The translations under genes were made by a program, and so were the position numbers. Below the pieces are notes generated by a model. The model did no database searches. It was given only the letters and a program-made list of their open reading frames with translations, and had not been told where the DNA came from. A stretch of 64,000 nucleotides of DNA from a virus (taxonomy: Duplodnaviria > Heunggongvirae > Uroviricota > Caudoviricetes): IMG/VR virus record IMGVR_UViG_3300003310_000099, positions 266,295 through 330,294 of that record. One strand, written 5' to 3'. Of this stretch, positions 11,315 through 24,629 are shown in pieces; the stretch's first letter is position 1; every line of letters begins with the position of its first letter.

Positions 11315-13266
11315 AATGAATACTTCTGCAAGCAAAACGAGTGTAATGCCATCTTATCACTATAAGAAAGCAGTGAAGGAAGTGAAGGCTATCCCCGACT
11401 GCAAAAAGACTTATAGTTCAGGTGGCTATTCAACTTACGAAACTCCATTGTTCTATATTCGTATTCTGGACAATGAGGAAAACGTACAGATTCAGTTGGC
11501 TGAACGTGAAACCTTCGACCGTTGGGCGAATTCAGTCAATTTTGCTGTTGAACGTAGCAAGACGCCAAAGTGTTATTACCCATTGGTTCTGCCCCAATAC
11601 CTTTGGGCAATCAAGGTGTTAAAGTCCAAACTGTTTAATTTCAACAGTTATATCGGGGCAATTGAATTGCCTTGGTTTGAGACGAAGAGGAACCGATGAA
11701 ACTTGGTGAAATGTTAAGTGATATGGTGCGTTATGGGGATATTGAGGAAGCCCCTTGGCCCGAAGAGTGGCTTAAAGAAGTAAATTGGCAGACAATTTAC
11801 AAGGAAGACCCCGAACTCTATTATAGACTCAGCATTGCCGCATCCATCCTTAAATTGATGAATAAATCAGAAGGTGGAAGCTGGTCAATACACGATGATA
11901 TTGTTCGACCATTCCTAAATCAAGAGGTGAATAATGGTTAAGTGGACACTTAAAGATACGATTGAATGCTACAAGCAAGGCTGGGCACCGTTCAATACGG
12001 ATTACGGCACTACTGAAATCATGGCCCTTGATGACCCTTATGGAGTAGCAAGCGACTTTGGATTTGAATTCAAAGGAACTTACTTCAAGGGAAAGAACCG
12101 AGACAGCAATGCCCTTCGCTCTGTAAAGCGCAAAGCTGCGAAGGGCAATGACCTATGCAAACGGGCGTTGCAGCTTTGTAAAAAGAATCAATTTGTAGGT
12201 GATTTGCTTCCTTTCATGGACTAGGAGCTATTATGTACGCTTTTGAACGAACCGTACTGCCCAAGGACAAGCTCGAAGGTATTACCAAATATGAAAATTC
12301 ATTTGGTAAAGATTGGGTAGAACGGTCTGTGCGGTGGACAAAGGCAGATGCCTACATTAAGGCTAACTTCGTCCGTATTGATAACGAGTCAAGCAGTAGG
12401 AGTTGTGGACGTTGTTGCGAAGAAGGCAAGATTGTTTATCGTCGCATTGATATGCAACCTATTACACAAGATGACCTATTCGCTTTTGCTCATTATGAAC
12501 TTGGCCAGGTGAATAAGATTCATGGCAAGCCAGGTGATTTGAAGGTGATGCAGGAATGGCTCTGCGACTCAGGAGATTAAATGTATAAAGCTACAGGCCA
12601 CATTGGTTACTTCTGGAAGGGTCCAGACGTAGACCTTGGAACTTATAAATGGTTTTTCTTTGCTTGGCTTAATGCTAAGATTTGGCTGCTCGATTGGCCG
12701 CATTCAACGGCAACTATTGTAAAGGTTTGAAAATGCAAATTACTCTAAAAATACCCGTCACTAACGATGAGATTAAGGAAGAAATTATGAATTTGCGGGA
12801 TGCTATTGCTCTCCGTAATTCCGAAATTCAACTATTACGGGACGCTATTGCTCATTATCAGAAGCAATGCAAGCATCCTGGTCAGAAAACTGGTTATAAT
12901 GAACGAGACGGCAATTGGGCTACCCCTTGTCCAATCTGTGGAGACTCACGATAAGGAGTAATAATGAGCAAGTTTATGGGCGAGAAGTTTATGGCAATGA
13001 TCCGTGATTTTAAGAACGTATCAGTCTCTGAAACTCCAGGTTTCCGCACTATGAAGGCATTTTATGCCAAATTACTGAAAGTTGGATTCTCTGAGGTCGA
13101 GGCTATCAACGTAGTTTGCAACACGGAAATTGACGTAAATCAATACTTCGCTGACAATTACCTTGAAGAAACGACCGATATTTTCGCTGACTTGGCATTA
13201 AAGATCAGGAAGGAATGCAACAAAGTGAGTCCGCTGTTGTTCTCAAAGTATATTGAGTGCAATAAG

Positions 13267-13482
13267 CTAACCATTAAGTTTACGACTTAGCCATTCGACA
13301 AATGAAAAAGATTCAGCTGTAGCTCCAGCGAGGGCGTCTTTATAACATTGCTTGCACATACCATGTGTAACTGGACGCTTATCGTTGGGGTCGGGGATGT
13401 AGCGGTTGCCAGCAGTTCCATCAGGCTTGATAAGTCTTTGCGGGTTACACCAAGCACAAACTCTTATTAAATCTTTTTCCAT
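13267..13482 (-). CDS. Small zinc-binding protein (CxxC...THGMCxxC)
   Basis: CAWC and HGMCKQC motifs; ATAAATA-CACCT-ATG upstream on the minus strand. Confidence 0.65.
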   Translation of the reverse strand: MEKDLIRVCAWCNPQRLIKPDGTAGNRYIPDPNDKRPVTHGMCKQCYKDALAGATAESFSFVEWLSRKLNG

Positions 13483-13492
13483 AGGTGTATTT

Positions 13493-14335
13493 ATGACAAT
13501 TAAAGAAACTCTGGTGTCGATTCGCAGGAAATATCGTCTATTGGCTGAGGCTGAATGCGAAAAGGCTTTCAATGACTACTATTGTAGCCAATTTGAAAAT
13601 GTTACGCTAGTCAAGAAAACCCCAGATTCCATTCAAATTGACGGTGATTTGGTCAGCAATATCAAAATTGACCAATACAACAATTTGAGTTGCGATACTA
13701 CGTTCATGCTGCCCGAATACCTACGCTATTTCCGCACAATCCTCAATACTCATTTTGAGAGAGAGGAACATGCGTATTATGGGCGTTTAGGCTCCCATTT
13801 CTTCATCAATTATTTTCGTCAGCATTATAAGGAAATTTGGGACGATTACCTTGAACACATGCTGTCCATTGATGACCACATGCTCAAGGAAAAGGGTGGA
13901 TTTTCATTCCGTGAATGGCTGTTGGGCCGCAATAACGACGGCAGAGGCGAATTGCGATATATTAGACCACCACTACTAAAGAATTTAGTGTCCACTAAGG
14001 AAGGTATTACATGGCATCCTTCCAAGGATAATTGCTCCATTTGTCATGGTGAAAAAGGTGGCGTAAAGGGCAATGAGAACATCATCGACGGAAAGTTAAT
14101 CTGCGATTATTGTTCAGTTGGTCTAAGTCACCCTTCACCGCCATTGGCATCGACATTAAGGCATCTTGTAAGTAAGATGGATGTGCCAGCCGAGCATAAA
14201 GATGATTTAATCTGGTTAGCCAAAAATCTGGCAACTAACAATAAGAAGCATCCAGATTTCCCAGAGGCCATTCATTTGGTGGCATCACTGCTCAAATTTA
14301 CAGGGCAAAATATTGAAATTGTCGGCAGGCCATAA
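13493..14335 (+). CDS. Hypothetical protein with internal FSFREWL peptide and CxxC pairs
   Basis: Long ORF; start reassigned to ATG 13493. Confidence 0.6.
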   Translation: MTIKETLVSIRRKYRLLAEAECEKAFNDYYCSQFENVTLVKKTPDSIQIDGDLVSNIKIDQYNNLSCDTTFMLPEYLRYFRTILNTHFEREEHAYYGRLGSHFFINYFRQHYKEIWDDYLEHMLSIDDHMLKEKGGFSFREWLLGRNNDGRGELRYIRPPLLKNLVSTKEGITWHPSKDNCSICHGEKGGVKGNENIIDGKLICDYCSVGLSHPSPPLASTLRHLVSKMDVPAEHKDDLIWLAKNLATNNKKHPDFPEAIHLVASLLKFTGQNIEIVGRP

Positions 14336-14346
14336 TATATAAATTC

Positions 14347-15326
14347 ATGATAAATGAATATGAAGCTTATGAGCCAGGTTGGGATGAAATGAATCCCGAC
14401 TCTGCCATGCACAGTTTTGGTGATGCTGACAAATTTACTGCTTTTATATGGGTTTATGATAGGAAAAGTGGTAAATCATTATTGTATTCACAACCTGGGA
14501 ATGAGTTTCATGGTACAGGCACAGGTCCAAAAGAATACGGCGGCACCGAGCTAAGAAAAGCCCTATTATTCAAAAAAAGGGATGCAGTTGCCTGTTTTGG
14601 TCGGTTTGGTGTGACCAATAAAGGTGGATTCGTCACTATTTGGAAATATCAAGAGGAAGAACCACTTACCCATTACGACCGCACTTACCAAAAAGAAGGG
14701 AATCGTGGCTTTAATTCACCAAATAAAGATGACATTAAAGTGCTTCTAAAGGGTTTAATGGCGCAGGCTCCCATGAAGGTAATTGGTAAATCCCCAGCTA
14801 AATTACCTATTACCGCCGATTATGTATTTGTTGTCGGTGGTAATGCACAGACCGTTGGCGAATTTATAGGAGATTCAGGCAAAGAACAAGACCCTCGTTG
14901 TAAAGCAATGGTGATTGATATTCAAGGTAGGCCAACACCATTAGACCAGATTCAAGCATCAATGCACATGGTTAGAGGGCAACAGCTTGCATTGCTCAGA
15001 GGCGGTTTTTGTTCTCAATATCAGGCATTAAAAAGGAATGCAGATACTGCACATTGCCAGATTCAGCATCGTCAAATAGATGATATTCAGAGTAAGTTTA
15101 AGTGCGGCGACGATCAAGATGAATACCAGAAAATGCTCAAGGCTGGTAGAGCAGATTATAAGCAGATTATAAGCAGAAATTAAGAGACATTTTCCGTTCA
15201 CCAGAAAAGATTGGTCAAGAATTCAGAACTCAGAGAGAAATAGATGCAGCATGGGATAAGCTCCAAGGTGAAGGTTTCAGTTTCAAAGAATGGCTGAATA
15301 CCTTAGCTGTACCGAGTAAGCCATGA
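14347..15326 (+). pseudogene. Hypothetical protein frameshifted by an 11-nt tandem duplication near its 3' end
   Basis: AGCAGATTATA duplicated at 15150-15171; removing one copy extends the frame to ...GFSFKEWLNTLAVPSKP*. Confidence 0.6.
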
Positions 15327-16723
15327 AACACCCAAACGAAAAACAGATGTTGTTCCACATGCTCGCTAGAATCGACTATAGCGGCACACTTCCAGAAGCC
15401 GAAATGGAACTAGGATACCTCTGTGGTGATTACTTTTTCCACAATTCCAAGTATTATGACAAAGCCAGAACATTGGTCAAACAACTGTGGCTTGAACTCC
15501 ATGAAATGGGTAAAGTAGCATGAAAGAAACTCCGTGCCGATGTGGGGAATTTTTCTTTGCCCACCCACAAGGAACTTGTCGTAAATCCTCATTAGGAATA
15601 AGTCCTATGACCCAAACAGTCAAGTTTAGCTACGAAGATGGTATGGATTTGATTAACGCTCTCGAAGCATTAGCTAAAATCCTGCCCAAATATGGCGTCA
15701 AGCTTGAAATGCTTGATGGCGGTGAGGGCTATGAAGAAATCCGCCTAACTAAAATTGAAGCGACCAATGAAATACGGTAATTGCTTAATTGGACTCATTG
15801 TAATTCTATTCACTATTCAGGAACGTGGTAGAATTATCATTCAGAAGTCCAAACACGGTTTTGTCCCACATTTACTGTTCCGAACCAATAAAGGTAGATT
15901 TTATCATTACCGTTTGGTAAAAGATGTTCTGCCTCATCCCTTGTGCTATCTGGTATTTCAAGGAGAATTCCATGATTATCTACGATAAGGTCCAACGATT
16001 CCATCCTGTCACTGGCAAGCCTGTTGAAAAGTGGATTCAAAAAGAAATTCGCTGTGATTACACTGGCCTAGTCCTAGACTACAACGACAATGGACCTGAA
16101 AGCTACTGTACCTATAACCTCAACTACGGCGACAACGATCCGTGCTTCGGGGCAAGTGGTGAAGAATATAAGCTAGGCCAAGATTTTAAGATTGAAGTCT
16201 TCCCCTTCATGAGCCAGGAATACCATTTCTATAGCAATGGTGGTTCCGACCTTAAAGAAGACTATGCGGAATGCCTCATGATGGAAGAAGCAATGAAGAA
16301 TTGCAATGACCCCAAGAGCGAATGGCATCGTTGCTATACTTTTGATGCTGTCTGTCGCCAAGCCCGTGTACGCACGGCTCGTAAACTTATTGAAAGCAAG
16401 GAAATCACCCCTGAACAATTGAATGAACCCTGTTTATATTAAGAGGAACACCGCTAATGCGTGAAGATTTACAGTATGCAATTAATAGGGAATGGTTTGG
16501 TTCGCCCAAAGATTGTGTCCCTAAGTCTGCATTACAACAGATTTTAGATGCCAATAAGCCAAAAAAATATGGTGTACTTGGCAATGTGGAAGGTTTCAAG
16601 GGACAAATAATCCCTTGTGAAACCATCCAAGAGATTAAAACACTGGTTAATGAAGGCTTTAGAATTTATGCAATTTTCAATAAAGAAGAACTGGAACAAG
16701 TAGTCGCCAAACTATGTTAAAGC

Positions 16724-17455
16724 ATGGATTACTTATCAATCTGTGCAATTTTCAAACAAGAAAATCCATTCCTTAAAGAATGGCTCGATTACTACGCAAC
16801 AAAGGTAGATTCATTCTACCTTTGTTGCAATGACGAAGACGACGAAGAAGCCAAAAATATCATTAAACCCTATAATGTTCACTATTATCATAAGATTGGT
16901 GAAGAATTACAGATGGGGTTTTACAATGAGGTCTTAAAAGAGGCTAAATCCAGGTGGATAGCATTCATCGACCTGGATGAATTCATAGTTAATATAGACA
17001 ACCTACCAGCTTACGAGCAATACGGTGGTTTGGTATTAAATATGATTTGCTTCGGAGCTAATGGATTAATTGAATTCCCAATATCTCAGACTCAACAACT
17101 CACAAAGCGTCTGCCCGACTATTGCGGTTGGCCAGGGCATTCGTTTATTAAAAGTATCGTAAACCCTGATAAGGTATTGAGATACGGCAATCAGCCTCAC
17201 GCACCTATTTACAAGGATTCATTTGCGGTTAATACCAAGCATGAGATTGTGACGGGGCATTTCACTACGCCAGAAGTATCGGAGATAATGAGGATCAATC
17301 ATTATTATACTCGGAGCAGGAAGTGGTGGGAGATTAAGATGAATCGGGGTCATGCGGACAACAAGAATAATAAATACTACTGGCATGATTTCCTGACTAT
17401 CGAAAAGAACGCTACGGTAGACGATTATACCTTAGCTGTACCGAGTAGTCCATGA
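16724..17455 (+). CDS. Glycosyltransferase (GT-A fold, GT92/GT2-like)
   Basis: LSICAIFKQE..LKEWLDYY, WIAFIDLDEF, KSIVNP, INHYYTRS. Confidence 0.8.
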   Translation: MDYLSICAIFKQENPFLKEWLDYYATKVDSFYLCCNDEDDEEAKNIIKPYNVHYYHKIGEELQMGFYNEVLKEAKSRWIAFIDLDEFIVNIDNLPAYEQYGGLVLNMICFGANGLIEFPISQTQQLTKRLPDYCGWPGHSFIKSIVNPDKVLRYGNQPHAPIYKDSFAVNTKHEIVTGHFTTPEVSEIMRINHYYTRSRKWWEIKMNRGHADNKNNKYYWHDFLTIEKNATVDDYTLAVPSSP

Positions 17456-19875
17456 ACAACACTCTTTATGAAGTCACCGATGCTTTCTTGGAAGACTATT
17501 CTCTCCCTTACCATATTAACAATGGTAGTTGTGAAGAATGGGCCAATGAAGTTTTTGACAAGCTAAAAGACACTGACCATCAGGTTGAAATTTGGGCAAC
17601 TCCGTTTGGATTTGCTGACACTACGCACGTTTTTCTGCGTATTGACGGCAAGTTCTATGATGCTGAATGCCTTTCAGGTGTCGAAGACCACATGGATTTG
17701 CCTCTGTTTAAGAATTTAATGCCGAAACGTCAGTCTGTTTGGCTGGAAGATCATAATGGCCGCAAGCCCATTGTTGAAAACAAACGGGACATGACTGATG
17801 AAGCAGTGGCAGAATATCGAAAAGAAAATGGAATTACATGGTAATTAAAGCTAAAGACCTAAAAGTAGGCAACAAGGTGGTGGTACATGAATTTGGCCAC
17901 CGTCATGTTTATGAGTTAATTACGGTTAAGGAATATCCTAAATTGCCTGTGGGCGGTTCTGGATTCATTGCAGTTAGCACAAATGAATGGCAATGGGGTG
18001 TTCCTGGGCTGGGCGGCAATCTTGACTTGGACGAAGAAATAGAGATTGAATAATGACAACACTATACACTTTGGTTAAAATTCATGGTGGTAAGGAAACA
18101 GTCTATATGACTGATGTTCTTCCCAAGGTGAAAGCTCGTAAGAAAGCTCTGGAGCAGAGTCAGAGGGGTCAGCGACCTAACTACTCCATTCGGCCAGCAC
18201 TACCAGAAGAATTGAAGTATCGGCGTCCACCGAGTTTCAACTTCGATCCTAGTGGGGATGCAGGTAGTGATAAATACATGCGGCGGAAGGCTGGAGCTAA
18301 AAGGATTAAGCAGAAGAATCCCCGTAACAGAATCAAACCTGAATCGGAGTCACAACCATGATTTACGAATTGGTTGTATACTGTGGTTCAACCAAAGTGT
18401 TTCGTGTGCTAAATCTGTTTACAGGCACCGTCTACTCCAATACTTATGATACCTTTGAGCAGGCTTCTGCCTCCATTGAAGATGGTGTAATTCGGGCAGG
18501 CAAGGTAGTTAAACGTACTACCTTGGAAGAAATCAATTGGAAATTGGAGATATCATGATTCACTATTGTATTCAGGCTGGAACGGTCAATCGGTATTTCG
18601 ACCGTCATGACAATGACCTTTACCAATTACAAATTGGGTCTGTGAAGATTGATATTGATAAGGAAAAAGCGGAGAAGTTAGTTGTGGAGAGTTTGCCAGA
18701 AGATCAATTAGTCTGGCATATTAACCCTAAGAAGGGTGAAATCTTTTTCAATGAACTTTATCCTGAATGGTCATTAGTGCCGCATCCGATTAGCTGGGTT
18801 GCAGGCAACATCTATTATTCAAGCAAGAAAACGGCCATTACTGCACTGCGTCAGTATATTCAGCGTGAAATGAATAAGTTGGCAATGAATACGCAGGCTC
18901 AACTGAATGTCATGGGTGTTCTGCGAGATAGCTTAGGAGAATGATAATGAACCGTATTGTAAATGCAATCGCAAATGCCACTATTCCAGTTTCTTTTGAG
19001 ATTTGGGTTATTCGTAACCTAATTATAACGGCATGTGCGGTTCTCTGCATCTGTCTAAATGCAGATAGATCAATCTTTGTGGCAATGGGTGTACTCGCAA
19101 TCATCATTGCCTGGAAAGCTTAGCTGTACCGAGTAGTCCATGATTAACCAGAAAGTACAAGCCACTGTTTGGTACTACGTTCCTAACATCTATGGCGATG
19201 ACGTAGACAAAGACTTCCTTGGCGATATCATTGGCACTGTTGAATCAATTGCTCCCTACAACCCGAACATTCTGCGAATCAGGGTTGAGAAATTCAGACC
19301 GAATTTCATCAATGCTGATTGGACTGATGATCTGAGTCCTATTAAATTTGCGTGCCATTACAAAGATGGCTACCTGGAGGAATGGGATTACAATGCGCAG
19401 CGAGTATGAAATTCTGAATGATTTGAAGCGTGTTGAATGCGAATTGTCGCCAGAAAACCTGACCTGTGATGGTGAATTGCCGCCAAGTGCCTATACTATT
19501 AGGGCAAATGAACTCTACAAAGAGCGTGCCAAGTTGGTGAGGGAACTAGGCCGAGAACCTACGGGCAAGGAACTTTGGGGGTATTAAATGTACATTATCC
19601 GAGTCTTTACAGGCGATGAAACCCTCACCTATAACTTCCAGAACACTTCTTGGGGTAAAGGTGGCGACGATGCACTAGGAATTGTTGTATTCCTGGGGGC
19701 GTTCAAGAAATACTACGAGAATCATAGACAACCCGCATCGGTTCGTATTATGAACGATAATGGGCTATTCTATAACCCTAAACTGAACAAGTACGTCCAT
19801 ACGGATAATTGGAAAGAAATCTCCATTCCGTTGAATGACGCCGCAGAAAAAGAGCTTAGCTGTACCGAGTGACTT

Positions 19876-20541
19876 ATGCACTACAAAATCCTAATTGACG
19901 AACAGAAGTTTGATACTTTCTTCAACTTTCTTCCCGAACTGGAGAAGGATGAAGTTTACTATCTTTCTCTGTTTGGTCGGCATAAGTATGCTCAGTCTAT
20001 GCCGAATCTGAGAGACAATCAGCTTGTTCGCTTCACTTCCTCCAAGGAAAACTTGAAGGAAAAAATCTTGAGGCTCCAATGCTCCATTGGTGGCTACAAA
20101 CGCGATGGCGTCGATGTTCCTCAAGAAGCCTTGGCTCTGTATATTGCGGTTAATCCCCGTAATAAGATCAAGGCGAACAAGGAATTGCTCGTTGAATTAG
20201 CCAAGTGCTTTGCGGATGGTAAGTCTGACTTTAATCCGCTCTCTTTGGCTAACACCGCAATTCATCAAGCTACCAATCGCAAGGTCTTTGTCGATTTTGA
20301 TTATGATAACATTGAGCCGCAAACTCATTTGAGCAAAATCAATGAAGTGCTGCCCAATAATGCTTACAAAATCCTCAAAACCCGTGGTGGTTTCCATCTG
20401 CTGGTTTTGATTGACAAAGCACCTAAGTCTCAGTGGTTCAAGGCTTTAGCAGCTTTGGAAGGCTGCGACGTTAAGGGCAGTAATACCATGATTCCTGTCC
20501 CTGGTTGTACTCAAGGTGGCTTCTGCCCTTACATTCAGTGA
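19876..20541 (+). CDS. Hypothetical protein with primase-polymerase (AEP)-like motifs
   Basis: FVDFDYD followed by KTRGGFHLLV. Confidence 0.45.
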   Translation: MHYKILIDEQKFDTFFNFLPELEKDEVYYLSLFGRHKYAQSMPNLRDNQLVRFTSSKENLKEKILRLQCSIGGYKRDGVDVPQEALALYIAVNPRNKIKANKELLVELAKCFADGKSDFNPLSLANTAIHQATNRKVFVDFDYDNIEPQTHLSKINEVLPNNAYKILKTRGGFHLLVLIDKAPKSQWFKALAALEGCDVKGSNTMIPVPGCTQGGFCPYIQ

Positions 20542-21631
20542 GGAAACTTCTCTATGAACGAAGTTGAAAAACTGGTTGAGAACTTAAAGCCGCACATTCT
20601 TAATCACGAAGGCAAGGAATGCGAATGTTGGGTTAATGTAGGCGGCAAGACATACCGTTTAACAGGCGGCGTCTCCACTTATGGTAACTTGGTGGTGTTG
20701 TTCGCCACCGAGACTGGTAAGCCTACTTTTTGCAGCATGGTCTAAAGGTGTTCAAATGGCAAAGCTAATCTTTCTCGAAGACATTGAACTTGAAATTGTT
20801 GAATCTTATGATGAAGACGACGATTCGTATGAATCGGTTGATGAAGTCTTCCATAAGGGTGAAGAAATCGAAGACGTGGATATCATGGATAAACACGATG
20901 ATTTCTTCAACGTGCAATTTGGGGATGGCTCTGTTGCCTTCGGCGTCCCTTACGTTGCCGTTAAGATAGAGGATGATAATGAAGAGTAAGAAGCAGACAC
21001 AGAAGGAACATGCCAAACGGCGCTTTGCCGAAAGGCTGAATCTCAAATACAGTCAATATATTAACGATATGCTTTTGCACATGATCCATTCCAATCGTGC
21101 AAAAGTCGTTAAAAAGCAATCTAATCGGGTTTCAGTCTATGAAGTGACCTTTACTCCTAGACTGCAAGATAGTCTCGATGGCATTGTCAGCGAAGTGACT
21201 GTGCATATTGTATACGATAAATTCAGAAAAACCATTGTGACAGTCTCTGAACCTGGGTCTGCTTTCGATAGCGAATTGGAGGATGTTTAATGGACATGGA
21301 CAAATTGTTCCTTGCTCAGACTATTCGCCATCTTCATGAAGCCTATGATAAGATGGGCGAGGCTCTGAAAGGTGCGCAGGCCGCAAAGAATGAAAAGCTT
21401 TTTGGCCTCATTTACCAGAAGCAATGGGAAATTGCGGAATTGGCGGCTACACTGATTGCTGAAACTAGACAACCGCAAATTGAATGCGATGATTGTGGTC
21501 ATAAGAATAATGACCTGATTACCAAGGGCGATCATCACGGCGGGCAAAAGACCGTTTGTCGTGATCGTAACCTATGTCACTCCAGGGGCGGATAGCTTAG
21601 CTGTACCAAGTATAACTCAAGGAGCTAATAA

Positions 21632-22009
21632 ATGCACTCCGAAGAAGCCAAAGATGCCGCCCGTAAAATTGGTTTGTTCTACCTGGAAAAGAACAACAAC
21701 AATTATGAAGCAACGGAGCAGGAGATTAACAAACTCCGTATTACCAAGGTGGACGTGACCGATAATAAGGTCATTATCATCACCGAACGCCCTGGATTAC
21801 TCATTGGCAAGCGTGGTGAGAACATTGACAAGCTTACCGAAGCACTCGGTATGAATGTCCATATTATTGAGGAATTTGATCCGCTGTCTGCTTACCTAAT
21901 CCCTTACGATTACAGTGAGTATGAGCGTGAATTAGAAGATCGTTATTACGATAGTCTTGAGGAATCGGTGAAAGACCCTTATTATATGGATGAACTCAAT
22001 GATTATTAA
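21632..22009 (+). CDS. KH-domain RNA-binding protein (ribosomal S3-type KH)
   Basis: IIITERPGLLIGKRGENIDKL. Confidence 0.75.
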   Translation: MHSEEAKDAARKIGLFYLEKNNNNYEATEQEINKLRITKVDVTDNKVIIITERPGLLIGKRGENIDKLTEALGMNVHIIEEFDPLSAYLIPYDYSEYERELEDRYYDSLEESVKDPYYMDELNDY

Positions 22010-22984
22010 ACAAGAATATCAGCAGACATATTCCATGAATGGCATACAGTGGTTGCCATGTGGCGCGCAAATTGCACGCTTCCAGCCAAGAGATTTCGTC
22101 TGGACCGCTGAATCACTTGAAATGTTCACAAAACTGTTTTGTGCATTCTATCCTTACAATTTGTACGAACCACTGCCGCTCTTATTGTGGCTCGCTTTGG
22201 TGCGTAGAGCAAATCTTAGCTGATTCAAAGAGGTGAAAATGTCAATTTTTTGGCAAGAAACCAAGGTTCCTGATGGCGTCTATGGTGGCATCCAAAGTGG
22301 TTATGAAGTCGAAATCCTGGTCAATGATAAAAGGGTGAGGTTCCATACCGAACGTGGACTAAGGGGAATAAATATCCCTGTGACCGTGACCATTAAGGAT
22401 GGAGACTTAATCCGACTCGACAAACCTTAGCTGTACCAAGTGATTCAAAGGGGTACAAAGTGAAAGAGATTACACTCGAAATCACCATTGAAAAGTCTCA
22501 ATGGGTTGAAACAAATGCTCTTATTCGGCGGATTCAAAAGGAACTTGAATGGCCGCTTGCAACTGGTGGCTGTTCTATCGTCTCTATTCAGGAGAAACAA
22601 CATGCTGGTTTGGAAAAAGATTCTGTGGCTCCGTGAACGAGTCCGTGAACAGCAGAAGTGGATTGACCGTTGTGGCGGCAATCTTACAGGCTACATTGAA
22701 TACTATGGCGACCCTGGCGTACCTCCGTTGAAGGACGGCAAGACGCACATTCTCACTGTGCCTGAGAATAAGCAGCATTTTATTGAGAATACCCATAAGC
22801 GTGTTCCTGGGACTACTGACCAGTTTTACGCTAACCATTACGGCGACGGTGGCACCAAGATTTATGAGGCAGATTATAACCGTCTCATGCAGTGGAAACA
22901 GGAATTGAGTAAGCTTGAATCTAAAAATCCTTCTGCCAAGATGAAAGCGGATGCCAAGCTCTTGGCTATTATGGATGGTTATGT

Positions 22985-23287
22985 ATGAGCGAAATCAGAC
23001 TGTGGCTTGATGATGTGCGTGAAATGCCCCCAAGATATACACATTGGGCCAAAACCGCACGCCAAGCCATTGAACTTCTCGAAACTGGAGAAGTCACTGA
23101 ATGTTCACTTGACCATGATTTAGGCAATCAGGTTGAAACAGGCTATGACGTTGCTAAATGGATTGAGGAACATGCCCACAATGGCACACTTCCCATCATC
23201 CGTTGCAAAGTTCATAGCCAAAATGCCGTAGGTGCAAAGAATATCAAAATGGCTTTGCAAAGTGCCTATAGAGCATGGGGAATATGA
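22985..23287 (+). CDS. Cyclic-phosphate-processing receiver-like domain protein
   Basis: LWLDDVR, SLDHDLG, TGYDVAKWIEE, HSQNAVG. Confidence 0.75.
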   Translation: MSEIRLWLDDVREMPPRYTHWAKTARQAIELLETGEVTECSLDHDLGNQVETGYDVAKWIEEHAHNGTLPIIRCKVHSQNAVGAKNIKMALQSAYRAWGI

Positions 23288-24167
23288 TTAAACTTAAAAT
23301 GGAAAAAGACCTGACGCTCACCATCAAGGGCGTCAACTATGATGAAATGCGGTCCATTCTCACCGCCGCCAGTATTCAGCACTATGAATCTGAAAAGGAA
23401 ATTGATGCCAAAGTTCCTACTTCCAAGGAAGATTGGCTAATTGAAGTAGAAAAGGAAAATATCGCTGACGAAAAAGAGTGGGCTAAAGAACAGCGAACCA
23501 TCATTGACTCCCTATTAAGGATGATTGGCGATGAAATCAACCGACACAATAAAAAGCGAAGTAGACGCCGAAATTGAACTCATTGATTTCCTTACATTCG
23601 ATGAACTACTTGGAAAGTTAAAGGAACACGCCAAGGAAATTCATCCAGATAAGGAATTCATACCCTTTTGGCGTCTACTTCTCCGTGGCAACGAGTTAGT
23701 GATTCGTGCAACCGTAAGCGATGGCAAGGTTGGTCCTCAAGAGCCAGTAGAGTTAGTCCGAAACCTTAGCTGTACCGAGTAATCCATGAACACTTGCACT
23801 GGCAGCGGAAAGCTAAGCTCTGTATCAGACTTTAACGTGCTTACCAAGCACGCTAATTGTCCTGTCTGTCACCAAAAGGTACGCATCACTATACCTGATA
23901 GGAAGATGCACGCTAATCGTGCAAAATTCGCAAAGCATAGGAGGGACAATGGACGCGACAATTAACCTGGAAAAGCGTAAGCTAACTGTAGGCCAAATGG
24001 CTGAACTGTGGTCCGAAATTGATGATTGTGGCTACAAGCTGCGTAATCTGAACATTCAGACTCAGAATTCAGGGGAATTCTACAAGATCGTGGACCGTCT
24101 AGTTGAATTGCAAAAGAAACTCAAGTGGCATGAAGTGGCCGAAAAGCTTAGCTGTACGGAGTAAAGC

Positions 24168-24629
24168 ATGAACACTTACGAAGTCACTCCTATCGCCCGT
24201 GAACTCATGAATCAGCATGGCCTTGGCCACTGGACCTTCCAGTATGATCGGGCCAAACGTCGTGCAGGTTTGTGCCAACATCGTCGGCAGACTATCTCCC
24301 TCAGTGTGAATTACGTTCATCGTAATGACATTGTGGATATCAAGGACACCATTCTTCACGAAATCGCCCATGCTCTGGTTGGCCCTGGTCATGGCCATAA
24401 TAATGTCTGGAGAGCGATGTGCGTCAAGATTGGTGCAAAGCCTCAACGGTGCTGCGGTGAGCATGTCGATATGCCCAAGGGACGTTGGCAGGCTCTTTGT
24501 CGTGGTTGTGGTAAAACCTTCCACAAGCATCGTCGTCCCAAGTATATGACTGGAACTCATTGCCGTAAGTGTGGGCCAGTCTTGGGCGCTCTGGTTTGGG
24601 GTGGTGGATATGTCGAAATACAGGGGTAG
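24168..24629 (+). CDS. SprT-like zinc metalloprotease
   Basis: RRAGLC, ILHEIAHAL, HGHNNVW, C-terminal CxxC pairs. Confidence 0.85.
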   Translation: MNTYEVTPIARELMNQHGLGHWTFQYDRAKRRAGLCQHRRQTISLSVNYVHRNDIVDIKDTILHEIAHALVGPGHGHNNVWRAMCVKIGAKPQRCCGEHVDMPKGRWQALCRGCGKTFHKHRRPKYMTGTHCRKCGPVLGALVWGGGYVEIQG

